Shown: positions 57,001-64,000 of the stretch, piece by piece
Layout: every line of letters begins with the position of its first letter
Position numbering within the stretch: position 1 is the first letter of the stretch
Assembly (NCBI GenBank): GCA_002633005.1
Contig: NMRA01000035.1
Span: 476,863 to 540,862 of the forward strand
Reading direction: 5' to 3'
Source of the DNA: Phoronis australis
Lineage: Eukaryota; Animalia; Phoronida
Length of the DNA stretch: 64,000 bases
The notes under the pieces: generated by a model
Seen by the model: only the letters and a program-made list of their open reading frames with translations
Told to the model about the DNA's origin: nothing
The model's database searches: none
Program-made: the position numbers and the translations under genes

Positions 57001-59766
57001 TTGTCATTGTTAGTCTAGTCTATTATAACTGACTGTATCTGTGTATCATTACTTGTTGTTGGGCCCAGCAAGGTGGCAACTGTTTTTGCTTCTGAAGATG
57101 GTGTTTTATTAATGATGAAACATGTCAAGCCCATTTAAATCCATCGTTTTCCTCAACACACACACGCACGCACACACACGCACACACGCACATGAGTACA
57201 TTGCAGGAACATTAAAAATAAATATGGATAAAATGGTTAAAGGGGAGATTACTCATAAAACATTATAATTGCACATATTGAAATATAGAAAAACAGTACT
57301 TCCCACATCATTTCATCATTTAATCACAACCCATCACTAAGCCATACATTTACAGAACCCTAAGGACAAAATTTCTATGGGTCTACGGTCCAAGGTTGTA
57401 TACAAATTTATCTGTGCTGGATGTGGCTCCAGTTATATAGGCGAAACTGTTCGCCATTTGAAAACCAGGACCAAGGAACATCTAAATTCTGACAGTAATT
57501 CACATGTAAATATTCACCTGCAGAGCTCCAATCATTGTTATCAACAGTGCTCTTTCAATGACTTTGCAATAATAGACCAGGCAGTAACAACAAAGGAGCT
57601 TAAAATTCGTGAGGCTTTACATATCAGTTGGTGCAAGCCCAATCTCAATAGGCAACTGACACACCACAGGTTGTCATTGTTGGTATAGTTCATTGTCACT
57701 CCCTGTAACTGACTGTATCTGTGCTTCATTACTTGTTGCTGGGCCTAGCTAGGTGGCCACTGTATTATGACTTCTGAGGATGGTGTTTAATAAATGACAC
57801 CGAAACATGTCAAGTTTTAAATCCGTTGTTGTTTTCGTGAATTTACAGAACAATTTAAAACAGCAAATGTGAAAGCACGGGGGATGTGACCTGACGGAGA
57901 AGATTGTTTTATTACCCCCTATAGGTTTTGAATAGCTAAGTCCAGAATGACCTGAGACCTTGTTTGGAGCCAGTGCCTCTCTCAGGGAGTAGAGAAAGTT
58001 CACAATTCAAAGTATTCTGGAACCATGTAGTGGAGGCAGATAGGTGGTAATACCAGCTAAACCATGTTAAGGTTATGTACAGAAGCATTTACATGGGAGA
58101 TGGATGTCATGGAGCAATTAACCTATTGCAAGCTCCACCCCCCTGTGAAATGTCGACAAACAAACAATAAGTTTTTCCCGGTAACGTGTTGTTTGTCGGG
58201 TAAAATGGTGGCTTGGAAATGGTGTGTCAAGAATGCTGCATTCTGATTGGTCACTTAAGCCATCACTCAAAGTCCTGGCGATAGGTCAATTAACACAGAA
58301 CGGCTGATCACGCGTAACAATCGTGTAAACGGGACTAACACAGAGCAAGTTGACACCGGGGCAACCGTTTTTGACACCGGTTTGAGAGGTAGAGCAAGAT
58401 ACACTTCATCAGCTGCTCAAGTGTAAACTACACGTCTAAACACAAATTGGGGCAAGGTGGAAGGGATCATCTCTGTTACGCTTGTGTAATAGCGTATGTA
58501 CAAGTGATTTGCTTTAATTGTTAATGCAATGATGCGCAGACAGTCATTGTGTAAATGGCTGTATGCTGATCCAGTTTGCGATCTGATGTCGTGTAAATGC
58601 AACTAAAGTCGAGCAAGACACGCTGTGACAACTCCTACAATGACAACTGTTCCTCATGTAAAAACACATTATGACATTCTCAACCAGCATGCGTATTTAT
58701 CCAAGTACCAAGTACAAAACTATAGGTTTGAACTCAGTAAAGTGTATATTTTCTGAAAAAAGAATGCCAGCAGAATTTGATTGTTTACCTAATACCAATC
58801 GGCCATTAACTAGGTTACGTGACCTTGTCTTTTTAGTGAACTTTAGGAAATTAAAAGAAAGGCTAGCAAAACAACAGTAATAACAGTTTCAATTGACATA
58901 AATATTCAATATGAAATCTCAAAACACTGTTACAGTTGCCTTGGTTACCATATTGTTTTCCAAAATATGAAATTCATATTTTCTGATAGCCCTTCATGCA
59001 AAAGTGGAACATTTCAGAAACTATTCCTATGACAAAACACTTACGCTCTTTCAAAGCTGTGTTGGCTAAAAATGTTTCACAGAGCTTCACAAATCTTTCA
59101 AAACCAGCCTGTTTTGCTAGCATCTTCATGCAGGCTTTGGCAGTTTTGTCAGTGAGTTCCCTGGGCAAGCACTCTGTATACAAGTAGTACAAGGTGGTGT
59201 GCAGGGCGTCGTCACTCATACTAGCCAGGCATGTAGGCGGCGTGATCCAGTCAAGACCATGTGTGTTGAGTTTGAGAATGGTCCTGTGGCAGTGAAACTG
59301 AAATACAGTTGGGATCAATTAATAACCAACAAAACATCCACTAATGAGAAATACCATCTACAGTCCTTCTAATTAAAAACTTCTTTTATCAAGAATGTTC
59401 AACTCTGGAAGGTGAAATGAATATGTGCCAGTTCCAAACACATGTTGAACAATGACTTACATGTTTTCCAATAAGAAAACTTATTAGCATTGTATCTGTG
59501 AAGTCTTGTTCATAGCAATTTCTCAGATTGTTTTCCATATCATAACAAGGCATCACCACAAATTGCTCCTTAATTTGGCATTCATAAAACAGTGTTTTCA
59601 ATTTAAAACCATGAGGCTGTTGTTTATCATGATATTTAGTAAGAACACGAACAGCACAAACCTCTTTCCCTGTAACAGACTTCAAGCACAAATCTGAGAA
59701 AAAACCTTCTTCGAAAGCTTTTAAAAAGGTGAATGGAGCTTCATCTCTTGTTGTTGAGGCACGCAC
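42077..59766 (-). CDS. Uncharacterised double BTB/POZ-domain protein with C-terminal HBS1_N/UBA-like domain (>=767 aa; 5' exons not resolved)
   Basis: In-phase exons: 59662-59766, 59045-59297, 56499-56657 (duplicate 54121-54279), 53106-53205, 51928-52039, 51458-51610, 50239-50321, 48287-48467, 46826-47014, 45893-46019, 45370-45538, 44901-45036, 44176-44286, 43501-43613, 42900-43014, 42077-42274. BTB1: FSDLCLKSVTGKEFHCHRTIL...LYYLYTECL. BTB2: TDMVF...IKAHRVIVASRCDWFRRALMSGMRES...FRLFLRYLYCG...GDRYEMDSLKTLCE. Confidence 0.88.
47345..47770. repeat. Dispersed repeat; second copy at ~62338-63180
   Basis: Shared blocks gtgtgttcatccaga, ttattcaagaattcaagtt and gtttgatagcaatgcacca. Confidence 0.75.
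54572..54790 (+). mobile_element. Penelope-like 3' fragment with degenerate hammerhead, between (CA)n tracts; counterpart at ~56939-57155
   Basis: Homologous to 57609-57815. gctt-CTGAAGA...GAAACATGTC-aagc at 54721-54764. Confidence 0.7.
57359..57840 (+). mobile_element. 5'-truncated Penelope-like retroelement (GIY-YIG endonuclease C-terminus plus pLTR)
   Basis: ORF 57377-57688 VVYKFICAGCGSSYIGETVRHLKTRTKEH...LKIREALHI...PNLNRQ. 11-bp TSD atttacagaac at 57348-57358 and 57841-57851. Confidence 0.92.
57769..57816 (+). ncRNA. Minimal type I hammerhead ribozyme in Penelope pLTR
   Basis: Stem I gactt/aagtt, CTGAGGA core, stem II ggtgt/acacc, GAAAC-AT-GTC with palindromic ACATGT stem III and GUC cleavage triplet. 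Confidence 0.82.
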
Positions 59767-62486
59767 CTGTTAAGCACAGAAATCGTTGTATCAGTGTTTA
59801 TGGTGCCATTACAGAACTAACACTATCGCCACCTATTGACCACCAGGGGAGTTACAGGCGCAGGCAAGGTCTGACAAATGGTTGGTATCAGTAATGACCA
59901 GGGACTGCAGTATAATCTTTGAACTTGTCAAACTCAAAATTACTTTCAATATTTCTCATTCTACTTTTGTGCAACTGGGGTTAAGTGGCTGTTTTTCTTT
60001 GCTACAGTATGATATGGTTTATGGTAATGAGCACCTAGTCCATGTTTGCAATTGATATGACACCAAGATTTAAGCAACGAAGTTCAGTAAAAACTTTGAA
60101 ATTTCAAGTTCAGACCAGAATTAATAGAAATCTTGGGGTCATCAAGTGCAACCCAGGATTGGATAATCACCCATGCGAACCGTAGTGTCCTCAAGTGTAA
60201 ATGTCAAAACTAATTTCAAGTTCACTTTCAAATACAAAGTTCAGACCCCAGGCCCAGAACACACCAGCTAAGTTGGCACAGCCAATCCCACCAAAAGAAA
60301 AGACAGCCGCAAGTTTATTATTTATGGCTCACTAAATCTAAGTGCATACCAGTTGTTTTGTCACTTAATTAGTTGATGATTGGTGCAAGAACAAAAATGA
60401 GTTAAACACAGAGCAGTATTTTTTACAATTTTAATGGACTTTCTGACCTTTTCATGACTTGTAACTGTTTCATATTATTTCTGCATGAATAACCAGTTTT
60501 GAAATAAAGCCGACATATATCTTATTTACTATTTTTTGACTCTATTGTTTTTTGGTGGATCAACAAATATCTCGTAAGTTGGGAGGAGCATCCATTAAAC
60601 AGACCACATTGTCATGACATGAATACAGCTATTACAGATTTTACTTGTAGTATTCACAGGGGTCTCCAGACAGTCCAGCCTTAGTCCAAGGAAATAATTG
60701 CATGCCAGCTACTTTCCATATCAGTAAAGCAAAACAAACAAGTTACTAGTTGGTGCTTTGCTTTTTTCTAATTTTCCTCAAGCACATTTATTGTATTCAA
60801 CTTTCCAATGTCAGTGAACTTTTATGGCTGTACTCTTGGCTGCAACTTTGGCAGCAGAAAGTTGGATAAACTTGAGAAGTATCCATGGATGCGATATTTT
60901 CCGACACGATTCCTAGAATCACTCCGAAACTTGTAAATGAGGTCAATGTAACAGCACGTTTTCCTACTGTCAGGACAAAGATTTCTACCCAGGACCGTCG
61001 TATTGTGCGTAAAAAACGTAGCAGCCAAACTAATCTGATATGGACAACCACATGCCAAGACATGTACGATGACACTTGGCTTACCTCAAAATCCAACTGC
61101 TGCCTGGTGGTTTGGTAATTAGCGCAATTATGTTGCACACCCAGCAGAATTAATGAGGAGCATAATGTTGTAACATTACACAACACGTGCTCATCTTTTC
61201 ACAAACTATTCAAAAAATTATGCTATATACAAACTTTAAAAACAGAAATGTAAAAATACTAATGTCACCACTAATGTGATTATGGTGGTCTCATTATCTA
61301 GAGAACTACATGTATAACAACAGCAGCCTGAGGTAATTTAATTAACCACAACAGCATACTATAAACACTCCCACTAAACGAGATCTTGTCAAACCCCACA
61401 GATCAGGGACAACTGTGGGGTTTGGCCAACTGAACTAGGCCGTATTTATCCACCTTGGCTGTGTCGCGCTCAGTTCACGATCAAAGGGATACCGCCTAGC
61501 TGCTCTATTCATCGAGTCACGAGCGAGAATAATTGGCTTCGCTCATGCGGATACGATCAGCTGATTACAATCTAGCCTAGATGACCGTACTTTTTACGGA
61601 GAGCGTTTTACATAGTTTTGAGTGTAATATTTGAAAAGAGGAGAGAAAAAAATGTTGGTACAACTTTGAATTTTTCAAATCAGTCCAGAATAAGAGATTT
61701 AGCAACACAGCAACACTCACGATTATTTTCATTCGGCGCGCACGAATACAAAAATATAGGACCCAAGTTATTTAGATTTTGGAACACATGCATTGTAATA
61801 TTCAAAATACGTTTATTATAACTCTTACAAGCTGTAAAACGACGTTGTTTAATTTCATTGTGCTCATTCAATGTCATTTGTCAAATCGAAAATTTCCGAG
61901 ATGTGATCTGCTGCGTGCACGTATGTATACAAAACACGTGATGTTATGTTCCTGAAGTACGAACATTAAGAAACTTTAGCATGCCGTTATTATGAACAGG
62001 GACACAATAAAACGAATTTGGATATTGACGATAGTCTTGATATGGCGAGCTGGCTGACCACTGCGTCAGTGTCTCCGTTAGACCCAGAAATTTCACACAG
62101 TCCGGGTAGTTCACCTCGTCACCTAATCCCCAACATGTAGATTGAGCCTAGGACTATTACGTAATGTTTTACTCTACGGTAGAGCTAACGACCGTCAGCC
62201 TGTGCACACAAAACCTGCAAGTTAACCAGCACTCACCTTGCACGTTGCAGCCGTTTAAGTGAAAAACAATCTAATAAACGCCATTTTCTTGCATAATCCT
62301 CCGCCTATTGTAACAAAAAAGTCTGTCGTTGATGACCCACACGCGCTCGCTCACTCACTCTCATATGCAAACAAGCTTCACAACAAACGTCACGTGACAA
62401 CAACATGTGTGTTCATCCAGAGATTTTTCTCGTGTTGTGGGGTACAATGTAGCGCAGATTTGGACTTTATCGCAATTAATCTGTGC

Positions 62487-62895
62487 TCTGTTGCATGAAA
62501 CAGTCCCAAACAGGGACTCAACTAAGTTAACTAAATCTACTGCATATTTTTGGACTTGTGAAAACATTGATTGCCCTTTCTTGTATTGTTTTAGTTTCAT
62601 TACTAAGTCAACTTTGATACAAATTGAGAGTGAGCTCTACGCTGAATTGTCAATATTATCGAAAATAAGTAGGGATCTTTTCATGCAACACACCCAATTT
62701 AAAGAATGAGTCACTATTTATTTTCAGTGAATTCAGGGCTCAGTTTTTCAGAAAATGTCATCAATGAGGAGCTCATAATGAAGATGAAATGATAGAAAAA
62801 CATTGCATCTGTGAATCCATAAAGACACCAAATGCGCAAAAAGACTTAGGGACCTTCGTTGAGTCCCTATTCGGGACCGTTTCATGCAACCGGCC
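62487..62895. mobile_element. Harbinger-like MITE nested in the dispersed repeat
   Basis: gttgcatgaaacagtcccaaacagggactcaac versus gttgagtccctattcgggaccgtttcatgcaac. It is absent from the 47345-47770 copy. Confidence 0.7.
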
Positions 62896-64000
62896 ACTGG
62901 ACTCCACATGAACTTTAAAAATTGTATAACATAAGGAAGATTTCAGGTAATTTGTTGAGTTGAAACTATAATTTTTATTCAAGAATTCAAGTTTTCCTAT
63001 TGACGATCGCGATTCAGCGACACATCAGTCGGCAAGTTTTCACCCTAGGATTTCAGCACAACTTTTTGAAAAATGATAGTAATTTAACAACGGAGTTTGA
63101 TAGCAATGCACCACAATTTTGTAGAAAGACTATCATAAGCTACAAATACGTCACAGAGCGTAAATTTGATGAATCCTAGCTAACATAGGATTCATTTCAC
63201 GAATAACACAAAAGGCAATGTGACCACAATGCAGTGATTAGCTTCACTCAATTTACCTTTTGACATTGTAGCATGCAGCACCTGTCGTAAGTCAGTAACA
63301 TGAGATCATCAGAGACTTCAACACGGAATTCAATAATATGGCCGGCAAAAGTACCAAACAACTTCAACATAGGAAATTCTTTCATGGCGACCTAAAAAAT
63401 AAAAAAATAGTATAAACAACTAAACTTATCAATCTCAGTGAAGATGTTTCTCAATGCCGACATTTCTAATTAATTTTGAAGAGTGGCTTTGGCATGTCTA
63501 ATTAAAGACTTTGATAGCTAAAAGTGTCAGAGAGGCACAAGCTTCCTCACATTCCAACTGTTATTATTATTATTGGCTCTACCAAAAATATCAAGACTGA
63601 GCAGGAAAAATCAAATATTTCCACATTTCACTGATATTGCATTTATACCAATGAATCCCAGATTACCAAAATCTGTTACCGCCGAAAGACAACATATTTT
63701 CAAATAAAATGAGATTCCTGAAAAGTCTCAAACATTTATGGCTAATTCACTTAAAAATGCGTGCGATAGATAGCATTTGTAACAGTGATTTCATTTCAGT
63801 ATAGAATTGGCAAAATAATGTTTTATAGCCTTCAAAAACTCCAGTACCATGGAACACAGCGCACTTCTCCATGAAACATTACATTCTCCCATGAAATATT
63901 CATCCGAGTTTCTCATGGCAAGTTTCTTCACTTGCACCATGTAACAATACGAATGGCACATTGTATATGACATTACACCTATTGACTTGCTTGCAATGGG

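Larger units (their letters stand above)
53223..58441. repeat. Tandem duplication (53223-55583 and 55585-58441) separated by a single N; probably two haplotypes
   Basis: Both copies run from aacgtaaagaaatatttg to ctacacgtctaaac, with scattered SNPs and indels. Copy 2 has an extra 482-bp insert plus TSD. Confidence 0.9.

Noticed and set aside
61393-61438. Hairpin followed by CTAG (Helitron 3' end-like)
   Set aside because: Not followed by T, and no matching 5' TC end or second copy was found.
60180-62230. Candidate 5' exons of the BTB gene (e.g. ~60181-60224 VNLKLVLTFTLEDTT; ORFs at 60797-61186)
   Set aside because: No consistent in-phase chain to a start codon could be built, and part of the region is a dispersed repeat.

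Overview
AT-rich animal genomic DNA, probably an invertebrate (inferred), from a draft assembly with an N-gap at 35837-36625 and a single N at 55584. Six spliced or nested genes can be reconstructed by hand. (1) 5' part of RPL10 (-), with a TOP-type first exon and an intronic box C/D snoRNA of the snR39B/SNORD2 type. (2) A divergent, complete 20-exon TELO2 (+). (3) A GT31 beta-1,3-galactosyltransferase with an intronless CDS, nested antisense in a 9.3 kb TELO2 intron. (4) NDUFA6 (-), whose first exon is not visible and probably lies in the gap. (5) An AAC4-like uncharacterised gene (+) whose 5' reading frame is split. (6) A double-BTB protein with an HBS1_N/UBA-like C-terminus (-). Introns carry MITEs and foldbacks, a tRNA-derived element, an 86-bp minisatellite and Penelope-like retroelements with minimal hammerhead ribozymes. 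A ~2.4 kb tandem duplicate, probably two haplotypes, shows one Penelope insertion site both filled and empty. Exon coordinates were read by eye and no database search was run.
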